Assembly (NCBI GenBank): GCA_964016885.1
Contig: OZ024752.1
Span: 10,726,001 to 10,790,000, forward strand
DNA from: Eledone cirrhosa
Lineage: Eukaryota
Direction: 5' to 3'
Length of the DNA: 64,000 bases
The stretch's first letter is position 1; every line of letters starts with the position of its first letter. Positions 14,543 to 27,822 of this stretch are shown one piece after another. The position numbers and the translations under genes are program-made. The notes beneath the pieces were generated by a model. It was not told where the DNA came from, did not search any database, and saw nothing but the letters and a program-made list of their open reading frames with translations.

Positions 14543-15053
14543 TATACTTGGGGAGGGTCATATTGTTGTAATAATATTGCCAGAAATAATAACAGAACAC
14601 ACTCACTGTTTGGTTGGTTTTCGCTTCTGTATCTTTTATATCTCCATAGTTAATTTATTTGGTCCGCAATGTTTATCACTAACTGACCAACGGTCAAAAA
14701 TACAGATATAATATAGATATAAACACATATATATATATATTCTAACAAAGTTATTTCGTTGCACATCTCCAACATCATCAGTGTTACTATTATGTTTCCT
14801 CCTGTTCTATTGGAAACATAATAGTACCACTGATGATGTTGCAGATGTGCAACTAAAGATCTTTGTTAGAGTATATATATATATATTTATATATGTATAT
14901 TTAACCGTTGGTCAATCAATGATAAACGTTGATTGCCAAAAAAAATTGACTATGGGGATATAAAAGATACGGAAGCGAAAACCAACCAAACAGTGCGTGT
15001 GTTCTGTTATTTCTGGCAATATTATTACAACAATGTAACCCTGCCGAAGTATA
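14543..15053. mobile_element. Long inverted-repeat (MITE/foldback-like) element
   Basis: About 165-bp inverted arms 14543-14710 / 14890-15053; related copy at about 21025-21670. Confidence 0.65.
14741..14870. mobile_element. 130-bp hammerhead fold-back insert
   Basis: Inverted arms, each with TAACA-CTGATGA-GTTGC..GCAAC-GAAA-(GATC)-TT-TGTTA (14743-14786 minus, 14825-14868 plus). Confidence 0.8.
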
Positions 15054-15074
15054 TATATATATATATATATATAT

Positions 15075-15588
15075 AAACAAATAACGAAACGAAATTAAAT
15101 TTCGTTTCGTTTGTAACTCACTTTTGTATGACTGACGCTTAAACAATTAAGTTAAAAATGTACATCCACATATGTATACTGAAATACTAGTATGCATATG
15201 AATACACACACGTATACATATGTAGATGTACCGAGTTTTTCACTGGTCACTTTACTGTGAGTGTCCAGCTATTCTGTATGTAAACACACAGACAAACCGG
15301 TTTTTAGAGTCATACTGGTTTTTGAGGAAACACCTTTCCTCTATTCTCCAGAAAGCCAGACAAGGAATATTGAACTAGTTTCGATGTTGTTACATCTCAT
15401 CAGCAATATTTACCTATCTTCCGGCCCTTCTAGAGAATCGTAAAAGCACATATCGTTATATGCTTTTTCTATGAAAATTAGTAGTGGGCAGACTAATTTG
15501 CATAGAGCGTGAGTACGTACCGGTTCAACGGAGACGATAAAAACAAATAACGAAACGAAATTAAATTTCGTTTCGTTTGTAACTCAAA
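15075..15588. mobile_element. Terminally redundant element, 466-bp period, with octamer motif
   Basis: AAACAAATAACGAAACGAAATTAAATTTCGTTTCGTTTGTAACTCA at 15075 and 15541; GCAGACTAATTTGCATA about 40 bp before the second copy. Confidence 0.6.
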
Positions 15589-15664
15589 TTTGCACTATAT
15601 ATATATATAGTGCAAATTTCTACGGGAACAAAACAGAGAGGCAGACAAATAATGGTTTATTAGG

Positions 15665-15759
<95 letters not shown>

Positions 15760-15873
15760 GTTAGAATATGTGTAATAAGGCCAAGACAATGCAGATATGG
15801 ACATAGAAAAAAGAATGCAATAGTGAAAGATATTGATGAGAATTCGTCTTTCGCCTTGAATTTATTTAAATGT

Positions 15874-15908
15874 CCTTAATTTTCGAGATAATATCTCTTC
15901 TTCGGAGG
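15874..15908 (-). ncRNA. Minimal hammerhead, CCGAAGA core
   Basis: CCT-CCGAAGA-aGAGAT att ATCTC-GAAA-AT-TA-AGG, inside an insert of about 170 bp between (TA)n tracts. Confidence 0.55.
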
Positions 15909-15923
15909 GAAGTAAACCTCCTC

Positions 15924-15988
<65 letters not shown>

Positions 15989-16097
15989 GCATGATAATCG
16001 CTCTAACCTTTTAGGGATGTGAGCAATAAATATGCAGGTTATTATTATCTACTATTTATAGCAAATTCCAGTTAGATTATTATCTCTGTTCTATATT

Positions 16098-16245
16098 GAT
16101 AATTGTTTCTACGTTAGGCACAAGGCCAGAAATTAACCAGTGTATTACTGGTACTTTATTTTCTCGACCCTGTAAGGATGAAAGGCAAAGTTAACCTCGG
16201 CGGGATTTGAACTCAGACCATAATGGTTAGGACTAGGCTGTTGCA
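16098..16245 (-). mobile_element. SINE family A (head truncated)
   Basis: Consensus match. Confidence 0.85.
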
Positions 16246-17409
16246 GAAAACCAGAAATACCAGTTTTTTTGTTAACATCAATATAAGGATTCTATCATAA
16301 CATTGTAAACAAGCATGACTCTTGTTGGTTTCAAAACTCTGCTGTTTTTTTTGTTTTGTCTATAGTAATTGGATATTATAATTCTCGTAATATAAACGCT
16401 GCTGACAATTATATTAATCAAAATGATGTTGTATCACAAGGTTATTATAAACATGCCAATCGCAAGACTATTATTGTACTGCAAGTAGCAAAATATACGT
16501 TAAAATAGCTTCAGGTTTACACCAGTGTATGATCGAAACGTTAAAATGTTGTCGAGTATCTCAAGCTCACTTTGTGGTTAGAGTATGTTTGATTGAATTG
16601 TAAATTTAATTATCTAGCAAAATATCAGAATTTTACGGCTGTGATTACTTTCCTTATCGAACAGCCTACAAAATATTTGACTCACAATGCATAAAATGTC
16701 TTTTACACAGGCAAACTTTTATAGCAGAAGCTGACACTAACAACATTAAAACAAGCAGTGATGAATTAAAACGCAAAATTACATTCGTTTCCTGCAAAAT
16801 CCAAAGAAATATTTATCGTTAATACTAAGGCAATTTTGTTCCCTATGTTAAGTGCTCGATAAAAAAGGTCCAAATAAATGTACATGTCGCCATTTTATGG
16901 ACGTTTCCCAACCTTTCTGAATTGCATAGCTTTAGATATCAACATTTATGTTATGTTAAGGGCAAGATTGGCGCATACGAAAAACGTCGAACGAGACGAA
17001 TGTAGGTTTTTATTAGTCACTTTATTGATATATAATCACATCAATGTCGACGGTTCCTTGAAAGGTTTCTGAAGAGATAAAATAAATAGCAGTACTATCC
17101 TGGCGCCTTCCTAAAGAGATGTAACATCCACAAAATATAATTCCCTAAACCAATGATATAAATGAATAATAGGGGGACTATATGTGAAGAAATTAATAAG
17201 GGTGTATTTGCTTCTCGTTCATGTATGTTCAGATTTCAAAGGAGAGCAGTATATGTTTTACAGTATATCAAGTATAAACACTGTATGTAGGAATCGGTAG
17301 AGGACTCGATAAACACCTTTGTGTTATTTTGTACGTCCTTTCGTATTCTGAATACAAGATATTTTCTACTCTACGTCCTATTACAAAAATAATATACATA
17401 TATATATAC

Positions 17410-17682
17410 ATGGCACAGCTTCAAGTGTTCAACAATTTATAGACAACTTAATCAGTGAAACAATTGTTAATACTGTAAATAAAACCCTTTTTTGTACTAT
17501 TGACCATGTTATTCTGCACACTTTCAATATTATTACTCCAAGATAAACTTACATAGGAATGCAAGAGAACTCATAAACTCGCCACCTACGGAAACCTCTT
17601 GTTGAGTCAAACAACGCCGTACGCTAAAACTATCCATAATACAAAGTATTCACAACCTCTAACTGGATTACCTATAATGATA
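17410..17682 (+). mobile_element. pLTR 3' fragment of the 8015-9307 PLE family
   Basis: GAAACAATTGTTAATACTGTAAATAAAACCC...CTAACTGGATTACCTATAA shared with 9075-9290. Confidence 0.8.
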
Positions 17683-17745
17683 TGTATGAACACACACATA
17701 CAAACATCAATGTATGAACACACACATACAAACATACCTACCTAA

Positions 17746-17776
<31 letters not shown>

Positions 17777-17823
17777 TATGCATATATATATATATATATT
17801 AAATAAAAAATAAAAAATTGAAT

Positions 17824-17864
<41 letters not shown>

Positions 17865-17936
17865 ACATCAAACTATTACAGGAGATAATTTGTAAATATC
17901 GTCTGTAATTGGATGAGGGTGTTTATTTTATATATA

Positions 17937-18375
17937 TCTATATTTGAAGTTGGGCGTTGTTTGTTTGTTTGTTTGGTTGGTGTCCCGAACTTGCAGGCTA
18001 CACCGTTCATGTGATTTTCATGACACTTGACACATATATAAAACCCGACCTGTTGATTGGAATAGGCTACTTGAAATTTTCGAAAAATCGATAATGGGGC
18101 CACCAGAGGACAAAAATCGATATTTTCAAAATTCGTCTGATTTCGATGAAACTCGACGCAAGTGTGTATTTTGATCCGGGGATGAACGTGGGCTAGATTA
18201 TATTTTCGATACTTACGAAATGTGTCCGATTCCAATGAAATTTATCAAACCATACTTGAAGACAAGTTGAGGCTGTTGTGTTTATGTGGCCTTTTTCGGG
18301 CATGGGTTCGTTTGTTTGCAGCATGAAAGGAGTTTCTTCATTTGCAGCATTAAAAAAAGCCGAAATTATAGCTAG
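17937..18375 (+). mobile_element. Non-autonomous Helitron-like element
   Basis: A|TCTATAT...(GTTT)n...GCTAG|T termini; 3' hairpin degenerate. Confidence 0.55.
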
Positions 18376-18633
18376 TGTATGGTATAACTTTGCCTTTTAG
18401 CAGAATAATAAATGTACATTTTTTTCAAAAAAAATGTTTGCTTTACAGTATTTTAATTCATTATTAAATGTCATATACACCTCTGTATACTACATATATA
18501 TATATATATAATGATTAAGGATCGATTTTATTCTCTGAATTCTATCTTGAGCTGTTTTCTGAGTAAAGACATGTTTGATTTTTGTATTATTCATAGCATC
18601 ATTTACTTTGAATGTAAATAATAATAATAATAC

Positions 18634-18819
18634 GTGTTTCTACTTTAGGCACAAGGCCAGCAATTACTCAGTGCATTACTGGTACTTTATTTTATCGACC
18701 CCGTAAGGATGAAAGGCAAAGTCAACCTCGGCGGGATTTGAGCTCAGATCGTAAAGGGACGTAACTATGCTGGAAAGCATGGCGTCCGACCCTCTACCGA
18801 TACTGCCAATCCACCGCCC
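18634..18819 (-). mobile_element. SINE family A, full length
   Basis: Consensus match, (AAT)n flanks. Confidence 0.9.
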
Positions 18820-18820
18820 T

Positions 18821-18974
<154 letters not shown>

Positions 18975-19199
18975 TCATATGTGCTCATATGTGCTATCAA
19001 TGTAACATATATGGGATTACTAGTACGTATTATGTGATACGATCAACTTAGGAACAAATCAGCAAATGAGCTCGTTCGTAAGTTTGGGACTGACTCAATC
19101 GACAAAAGCATGAATATCATTGCCATGTCAACATCTCTGAGTATTGGTCTATATTATCTAATTTGAATTTTTCTTCACAGGACAGTAAGGTCTAATTTG

Positions 19200-19632
19200 A
19201 GTTAGTGCGATCAGGCAGAGCGACCAAACTTAGAGCAATTACATCAATTTTCAAGTCAAGAGTACTCAAACTATACGACCACATAAACAGATCAACTTGT
19301 GGTGTGAGTAGGTTAAACACGGAAGGAAGGTTGTCTCGTAAGAGAAGCAGAGTCTGGCAGCCAAAATGGTGGTATGATAATGTCAAATTATGGACTCGAC
19401 TTTATATTTGCTCTTTAAACACTGCTTTTGGTGATCGAAAGGTATTATATATTCCTGGAAGGAAGGTTGGCTGGTAGGAGAAGCAGATGCCGGCAGCCAA
19501 AACGATCGTTGACAATGTCAATTTATGAACTGGACTTGATCTTTGCTCTTTGAAATCTGCTGCTGGTGATCGAACTTTGAGGCGAGAGATATCACATACT
19601 GGCGGAGTTTAGCATCACAAGAGTGCGACCAC
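19200..19632 (+). mobile_element. RTE LINE 3' fragment with partial tandem duplication
   Basis: SRVLKLYDHINRS..EGRL..KRSR..QPKWWYDNVKLWT matches RTE L..YGH..R..EG...GKR.RGR..RW.D; second copy at 39480-39770. Confidence 0.7.
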
Positions 19633-19960
19633 GTAAAAGGTGTCCACTTCATGTTTGTTTTGTTAGTAAGAGAGAAAACTGCGAGAACGATTTTCAGAAC
19701 TAGGAGTCAATTAATATCAATTTTGTATAATTATGAAAAATTATGAAAATTAATTTTATGATAATATCAGAATCTGGCGGATAATTAATAAAATGAAAGA
19801 AAATAAGACGCAATAATCTAAACAACAAATAAACAAAATTATCCACCAGAAAAGTGAAAATAATTATTTCTCTCAATATAACATGTTCAAATTCACGACA
19901 AACTGTAATGCATATTAATAACCATCATCATCATCGTAACATTAGCAATAATAATTATAA

Positions 19961-20573
19961 TAATTCTTTTTACTTTAGGCACAAGGCCAGCAATAACGCC
20001 AGGGCATAACTGGTACTTTATTTTATCGATCCCGTAAGGATGAAAGGCAAAGTTTAACTCGGCAGGATTTGAACTCACACCGCAAAGAAACGTAACTCTA
20101 TGCTGCAAAGCATGGCATCCGACCCTTTACCGATACTGGATTGTTTCTACTTGAGGCACAAGGAATGTAATTTGATGAGAAGGGGAATGTCGATTAAATC
20201 GACCCCAGTACGTGACTGGTACTTTATCCGTAAGGATGAAAGGCAAGGCTAACCTCAGCCGTATTTGAACTCAGAATGCAAAGGGCCGTAACTCTGTGCT
20301 GCAAAGCATGGTGTCCGACGCTCTACCGATACTGCCAATACACCACCCTAATAATGATTTCTACAACAGGCACAAGGCCAGTAATTTTTTTTTGGGGGGG
20401 AAAGTCGATTAAATCGATCCCAGTACATTACTGGTATTTTATTTTATCGACCCCGTATGGATGAAAGGCAAAGTTAACCTCGGCGGGATTTGAATTCAGA
20501 CCACAAAGGGCCGTAACTCTGTGCTGCAAAGCATGGTGACCGACGCTCTACCGATACTGCCAATACACCTCCC
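19961..20573 (-). mobile_element. Three tandem SINE family A copies
   Basis: About 19961-20138, 20140-20348 and 20355-20573. Confidence 0.9.
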
Positions 20574-20595
20574 TAATAATAATAATACACTTCGT

Positions 20596-20800
20596 TTTCT
20601 TCTTCGCTCCCTTACACATGGGTGTGACATGGGAGCAGGCCCCTCAAATACGCCTTCCAGAGGCTCATGTTAGAGACAACAGTCACCGTTTGATCCGGCT
20701 GAATCACCAAGCAATTGCACACGAGCGGATTCCTAGTATCGAACCCTCTTATTCTAGGTTAACCCATGGGTCTCCTACGTTGGTGTAATACTGGTACTCA
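20596..20800 (-). mobile_element. Rex3/Expander-like RTE 3' end
   Basis: RRPMG*PRIR..IQPDQ..LWKAYLRGLLP; homologous to 52455-52800. Confidence 0.6.
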
Positions 20801-21065
20801 GGGTGGTTGTGGTGTTACTGATGGAAAGACATGTTGTGCAAAATAATGAAATTCGGTGGAACTTATGATCCGTAATATTTCGGTGAAATATCTTGAAAAA
20901 AAACAAAACCAATACAATTTTGTCAATAATCTAAAATTGTGTCCATAAATTGCCAATATAATGCTTCTGTTGCCATTTTATAATTTTATTTTAAATTTAT
21001 AAAAAAATTTAAGCTTTGTTAAATTTGCGGTGGGTCATGTTGTCCTAATATTGCCAAAAATATTA

Positions 21066-21280
21066 GTTCTTATATAGGCACAAGGCCGGGCAATTGTGGG
21101 CGAGGGAAAACGCGATTAAATCGACCCCAGTGTGTGACTGGTACTTTATTTTATCGACCTCGTAAGGATAAAAGGCAAAATTAACCTAGGCGGGATTTGA
21201 ACTCAGATCGTAAAGGGCCGTATCTCTATGCTGCAAATAATGGCGACCGACCCTCTACCAATACTGCCAATCCACCGCCC
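21066..21280 (-). mobile_element. SINE family A with 20-bp TSD
   Basis: TAATATTRCCAAAAATATTA at 21046-21065 and 21281-21300. Confidence 0.9.
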
Positions 21281-21524
21281 TAATATTACCAAAAATATTA
21301 AAACATATTCACGGTTTATATCGGTTTCGATTCGCTTCAGTTTCAGTTTATATATATATTTATAGTTCCATAAATATTTTAGCTGTCAATCAATGTTTAT
21401 CATTGAATGTCCATCAGGTAAACTTATAAATATATTATATAATTACTCAAATTTCTTTCGTCATACATTTCTGTTTTGTTGTGTTTAGGCAATATGAGGA
21501 CAACATGACCCTACCAAATATAAT

Positions 21525-21640
21525 ATCTGTTTCAACACCCAATATTGTTTCAACATACAACTGTTTCAACACACATCTGTTTCAACACACATCTGTTTCA
21601 ACACACAACTGTTTCAACATACTGTATCTGTTTCAATGCA
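21525..21640. repeat. About 16-bp tandem repeat CTGTTTCAACACACA(T/A)
   Basis: About 7 imperfect copies. Confidence 0.8.
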
Positions 21641-21829
21641 AGATTTCGTATCAAAAGCCTTGCAAGACGAATGCACCACCAAATTTAGGCTTTGTTTTGC
21701 TTAAGAGTTTTATTCCATTATATTAGCTATACATTTCTATATTTAATACCATTGTCTTTACAATGTTACATCATGCAATATAATTACATCATGATCCATA
21801 AATTAATATATTCATAAATTCAGTTTTAA

Positions 21830-22096
21830 GCGAGAAGGCTCGTTAAGCTGGTGTTTATCCCGGTTTCATGACGTGAAGCGACTGAGAGTACAATACTCTC
21901 CCTTGGACAGGACACCCGTCCATCGCACGATTAATTGCCCCGCTATTTCTGGTACTTTTTTTCAGCTGAGTATATTGGAGCAACGTGAAATGAAGTGTTT
22001 GTTCAACAAAACATCACGCAACCCAGCCCAGGAATCGAACCCATAACCTTATAATAGTAAGTCCAACACCCTTACCACTAGGCCATATGCCTCCAC
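21830..22096 (-). mobile_element. tRNA-derived CORE-type SINE (family B1)
   Basis: Minus strand has A-box TGGCCTAGTGG, B-box GGTTCGATTCC and CORE-like CACTTCATTTCACGTTGCTCC..CTCAGCTG; homolog at 57730-57998. Confidence 0.8.
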
Positions 22097-22669
22097 ATAA
22101 TATGTTCATTCCTAATCAAATTTAGAAATTAAGTCCAACAGTGAAGAACGAATGTAAAGGAGCCGTTCCCCAGATCTGACCCAGTGGACAGTATTTGTAT
22201 TGGTCATTCTATTGGAGATAATATCTGCCGGCCGCAACTCAAAGCAAATATGTTAACTCATCTCGCAGTATAGACTGTGAAACATTTTCTATTTTTTCTC
22301 AAACTAACATGGTATGACATATGTTACATATTTTGCTAAATAACTGCATAAATATAATATTCCATCTCTAAATAAATACATACATACTTCCATTCCCATA
22401 ATTATTTATCGATACTCCTTATCTTAGTGGTTCGGCAAAATTAGATCGGTAAAATCAGTACAAGTCTTGAAATAAGTAATGTGATCGATATTATAATAGT
22501 GCTTATGTGGAAATATTTATGGTGCTTATGAAAAAAAAACCCATCATTGCTATTGCTAAGCATTCGTGCACTATAATCTCTTCTGAACTGAAATAGAAGT
22601 AACCTATTGTTCCAACATATTCTTAAATTAACCAGCTTTCTGACGGAATGAAATATAGAGCAAGTATTT

Positions 22670-23040
22670 GAGAGATAAAGGGAGACACAGCGAGAGAGAG
22701 AGACACTGGGATGAATAGAGACAGAGGGAGAGAGGGAGACAGAGAGAGAGGGAGACAAAGAGAGATAGAGACATGGATGAATAGAGAAAGGGAGAGAGAG
22801 AGACGGGGAGACTAAGAGAAAGGGAGAGAGAGCCGGGGAGACTAAGAGAAAGGGGGAGAGAGAGACGGGGAGACTAAGAGAGACGGGCAGACTAAGAGAG
22901 AGACGGCGAGACTAAGAGAGATGGAGAGAGAGACGGGGAGACTAAGATGGGGAGACTAACAGAGATGAGAGAGAGATGAAGCCAGAGAGAGGAAAACTTA
23001 GAGAGAAAGAGCCAGAGAGAGAGAGGAAGACTTAGAGAAA
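22670..23040. repeat. GA-rich minisatellite (GGGGAGACTAAGAGA units)
   Basis: Direct reading. Confidence 0.85.
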
Positions 23041-23304
23041 AAATTATGTTTTCTTGTTACGTTTATCGCCAAGTGGAGGATTATCGACGAGAAATCTATA
23101 TTTACTTGCGACAACATGGACATCTAAAAACATTAGCACAAACATGTGTCAGATTAATTCAATTGATAGAACCTGTAAATTCAGAGTTGTATAGCAACTC
23201 TAATGTGTATTGTGAACATAGTATGGACAAATATTTCTAGGTTCGCACATGAAGTAATTTTTGTGTTTTTTTGTTTTTCTTTGTGGCATTATATTTAGTC
23301 CTAA

Positions 23305-23495
23305 AGGTGATGGATTGGCAGTATCGGTAGAGGGTCGGACGCCATGCTTTGATGCGTAGAGTTACGGCCCTTGCCATTCTGAATTCAAATCCCGCCGAGG
23401 TTCACTTTGCCTTTCATCTTTACGGGGTCGATAAAATAAAGTACCAGTAAGGCATTGGTAATTGCCGGCCTTGTGCCAAAAGTAGAAACAATTAT
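23305..23495 (+). mobile_element. SINE family A with TSD ATTATATTTAKTCCTA
   Basis: Consensus match plus flanking duplication. Confidence 0.9.
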
Positions 23496-23719
23496 ATTTA
23501 TTCCTAATTTCATCTATCGCTTCTCTTCATTTAAATAGAATGGATGAAGAACTGGCACTAGATTAGTTTGGATATGTAAGTGTAGAAATTACTGTAAGTG
23601 TAGACATTACTTCTGAAAGAATTCAATATCACAGCAAAGGTAGAAAGAAAAAATAAGACTTGTTATAAGTAACTATGAATCACTGCCTCCTTGCGGACAA
23701 CTGACGCTGCACACCAGGT

Positions 23720-23883
23720 CCGAACACAGAACAGCCGTACTCCCACTGTCATCGCCTCCTTCTCTCTCGCCTTCCCAATCTCACACTATTATGAGAAAAT
23801 GGGGTCCCACGTGCTGACCGCCCCACAGTCGCCGCCTACAGAACGGGGAAAGCGTTTCCTCGGAGGATGGTAAGGGAGATGCA
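23720..23883. repeat. Unclassified repeat, copy of 5390-5552
   Basis: Aligned by eye. Confidence 0.7.
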
Positions 23884-24091
23884 CTGGAAGAGCCATTCCA
23901 TCTCGTGAGCCTCACACCTGCGGCTAGCCACCTCAGCGCCTATGGTGGTAAGAATATATAAATGTGTATATGATAATATTTAATATTAAATAATTATTTA
24001 GAACATCTCAAGCGAAATAATTGACTGTTCGTCCTAATTATTTTCTTTAGAAATTTTCTTTCATATCAATCGTATTTGATTGGCATTATTT

Positions 24092-24703
24092 CATCGCCGA
24101 GGTTGACTTTGCCTTTCATCCTTACGGGGTCGATAAAATAAAGTACCAGTAATGCACTGGGTTATTGCTGGCCTTGTGCCTATAGTAGAAACAATTATTT
24201 CATCCTTACGGGGTTGATAAAATAAAGTACCAGTAATGAACTGGGTGATTGCTGGCCTTGTGCCTAAAAGTAGAAACAATTATTTCAATTGCACCCGGTG
24301 GATTGGCAGTATCGGTAGAGAGTCGGACACCATGCTTTGAAGCATAGAGTTACGTCCCTTTATAATCAGAGTTCAAATCCCGCCGCGGTTAATTTTGCCT
24401 TTCATCTTTACGGGGTCGATAAAATAAAGTGCCAGTAATGTACTGAGTAATTGCTGGCCTTGTGCCTAAAATAGAAACAATTATTTCAATTGCACCCCAG
24501 GGCGGTGAATTGGCAGTATTGGTAGAGGGTTAGGACGCCATACTTTCCAGCACAGTTACGTCCCTTTACGGTCTGAGTTCAAATCCCGTCGAGGTTAACT
24601 TTGCCTTTCATCCTTACGGGGTGGATAAAATAAAGTACCAGTAATGTACTGGGTAATTGCTGGCCTTGTGCCAAAAGTAGAAACCATTATTTCAATTGCA
24701 ACC
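24092..24703 (+). mobile_element. Array of four SINE family A copies (two 5'-truncated, two near full length)
   Basis: Units joined by ATTATTTCA(ATTGCACCC). Confidence 0.9.
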
Positions 24704-26334
24704 TTACTACCATCCATTTTGTCACTGTTTTAGATGAAATATATTGATGTATTTTTGTTATTTTATGCCATTCGATTTCTTTTAAATCAAACATGATTCT
24801 TACTTTCTTATGTTTTGTAACTTTCAATATAATATCAGGTATGTGTGTGAATATGTTTTTTCTTATATATACAGATACTGTTATTGTCTTCCAGTCATTG
24901 AAATATCTTCAGCAATTACCCTCATATCTATATCTCTCCTACGTTTGCTTAAAATATGTGTAAATTATCATGTGTAAAGAACATTATTATGAAACAACCA
25001 AAGATAATTAAAATCCCACACCCTCTCCTTTGTTTTCGTGAAGTTTTCATTTCTGTTGCAAATACAAATCCTTCCTTTATATTCCTAGATTAAATAATTT
25101 ATAAAAGATATAAATCTGATGAGAAATCTGAAATACCACTCCCTAACAATTTAGAATATGTGAGATTTCAAATGAGATATTCGGTAATAGAATAGATTTC
25201 TCCTTCAAGTACAACTAAACTTATCATCAATTCGGAAATAGCAAGTAAACTGTAATTTCAGAAAACCAAAATCTACGCAATAAGATTTCAATATAAATGA
25301 GATGTATCAGTTTTCCATTAATAGATCGAAGAATTCAGGACAATATCAATGACAATAAAAAATATAAATGGTGAAGGTATGAACACAAATAGATTCATCA
25401 ATGGAAAAGGTAACTACTATGATTTTCGGTCTTCAGAACAATGTCAATAAAAACAAAAATAATGACAATAAACAAGAAATCTAGTGCCACCAAATAAAGC
25501 GAACTAAAAACGGTTATAATAAATCAAATTAAACGGAGAAGAAAAACAGATGAAAATACTTAGAGACAACACGAGTTCTACATAACAGTAAAAAAGGAAA
25601 AAAAGTCAAACTCGGAAAGAATACAAATAAAACCTGGCCATTAATAAAATGACATTAGCGACGTAACATAGAATTAACGGTAGCGACAGGAGCAACAACA
25701 ATAGAAAATTAAAAACAAGTAGAGTCGTTAGAAATAACACAAAACCTACCAAAATAAAGCCAAAACTGCAGACAACAACAGCACACGATTTATAATCAAC
25801 AATTTTGACAATAACAATAGCCACGGTAATTGCTGAACACGCTAAAAGGGAAGGAAAACACCAGACATTGAGGAAAGATCTGTTGATCTGCGGTGGCAGA
25901 CGGTTAATCTCATTCGTAAAATACTTGTGTTGAATGTTAGAATGTTAAGTAATAGAATTTGTGTTTACCCATAACTTTGTAACTAAACTAAATACTGCAT
26001 TGAATCTTTAGTGGGAACACATCAGTTTGTTCGAGATGTAAACAAACAGCTTGTGAAATATAATTAGATTGATGTAAGATGTCTGTAATACAACAGGATG
26101 TTTTATTACAGTACGTTCAAGTATGTGAAGACAAATAGAATTTGGTGATGCTCACGATTGAGTAGAGCATCAAAGTCAGAATAATAAGTATTTCAGGAAG
26201 GGGCGTAAGTAATTTACTTACATGGGATTAGAACATATAGACAGTAGAATCGTACAGTTTATTAGCAGAAAATATTTTTATGTCATGTATAGATATATAT
26301 TTTTCCTCTAAACTCGTGCGTTATATTAACGAGG

Positions 26335-26640
26335 TATAAGCCGGTGAACTGTCAAAGTCATTAGAACGTCGGATAGAATGCTTTATGTCGTTCGTTCCGG
26401 CTCTCTACTCGCTGAGTTCAAATCCCGCCGAGGTCAACTTGTCAACTTTGCTTTTCATCCTTTCGAGGTCGATAGAATAAGTACCGATCTAGTACTGAGG
26501 TCTATTCTTCCTCTCTCTGGAAGACATCTCCTGTACTCGGGCCTCGCGAGGGATGGGCTCAGCCAGGCTTAAAATGACTAAGAAACGCCGTATATTATTA
26601 CAACGTCCCTATGACTCTATCAGGAGTTACGGGACCATTG
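26335..26640 (+). mobile_element. SINE subfamily C (family A head and core, different tail)
   Basis: GAGTTCAAATCCCGCCGAGG and core, then tail CCAGGCTTAAAAT..ATCAGGAGTTACGGGAC shared with 48425-48775. Confidence 0.75.
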
Positions 26641-26799
26641 ATACATAAATGAGGCATAATCGTTGTTATTATTGTTGTTTTGCACCATCTCAATCTGAGT
26701 AAGTAAGTCTATAATGCAAGCATTATAAGCTAAGGTCATTTTGAAAACCTTTATAACGCATATTTTGACTCGGACATCCTTTGTCAATGTGCTCTTCAT

Positions 26800-27019
26800 T
26801 AGGATTGGAAGTATCCGTAGAGCATTGAACACCATGCTTTGCAGCATAGAATTACGCTTTACGGTCTAAGTTCAAATCCTGCCGAGGTTAACTTTGCTTT
26901 TCATCCTTACGGGGTCGATAAAATAAAGCACCAATAATGTACTGGGGTCGATTTAACCGACTCCCCCCCCCAAAAAAAAAAAAATTACAGGCCTTGTGCC
27001 TATGGTAGAAATCATTATT
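26800..27019 (+). mobile_element. SINE family A (long-linker subfamily)
   Basis: Consensus match. Confidence 0.85.
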
Positions 27020-27428
27020 TATATTATATTACGAAATGGTAAATCGCTCCTTAATGCTGTTATGATGAACAGCACAGTGGAGTGCCAGTCGAGTGCTTGT
27101 GCACTCATAGTTGATGATCCATTGTAAAATAACTTAATCCGTGAAAACAGAAATATTTGATACCGCCTCATATGACAATTGTATATAGCGGAGTGGAGAA
27201 AGGTATCATTAAATAACATTGAGTAGTGTGTACGATAGACCTAAGCTGGTTTTTGTATGTATCTTTCAAACTGTTTTAAATGTTACATTAATATTGCGTT
27301 AGAGAGATTTTATATACTAGAGTTTACAGAAAAACTCTTGAAAACGACTTAGAAAAAGTTTTAATCAAATTCAAAATTTTTTCCCAAAGAAAGGAAATTG
27401 GAACATTGTCCACTGAACGTTCCTTAAA

Positions 27429-27464
27429 CCCCGATGAAGGGACTTTTAAGTCCCGAAATATTGG
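27429..27464 (+). ncRNA. Minimal hammerhead, CCGATGA core, stem I truncated
   Basis: CC-CCGATGA-aGGGACT ttta AGTCCC-GAAA-TA-TT-GG. Confidence 0.55.
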
Positions 27465-27822
27465 AGGAGGACGAGACGAGGAAGGAGGGGATGGGGTGGA
27501 AGAGGAGGACAAAGACGACGACGACAACAACAACAGAGATGGTACCAGGAAACTTACTTTTACTTTTCGTTACCTCATCTTACAGTCCATTTTGCATTGT
27601 TTAGCCTCCTATCTCTTTCAACGTTATTCATGTATATATATTTTAATCTGCGACTTACTACACATTTTAGAAATAAAATATATATATATACGTTTGTAAT
27701 AAATATATTCTATTGTTAACGTCAATAATGAATTACAGTAAAATCTAAAATAATATGAGTTTCATTAAAATCAAATAAAATCTAAAGTAAAAAGACTTAG
27801 ATGATTTTGATGTTAATTAATG

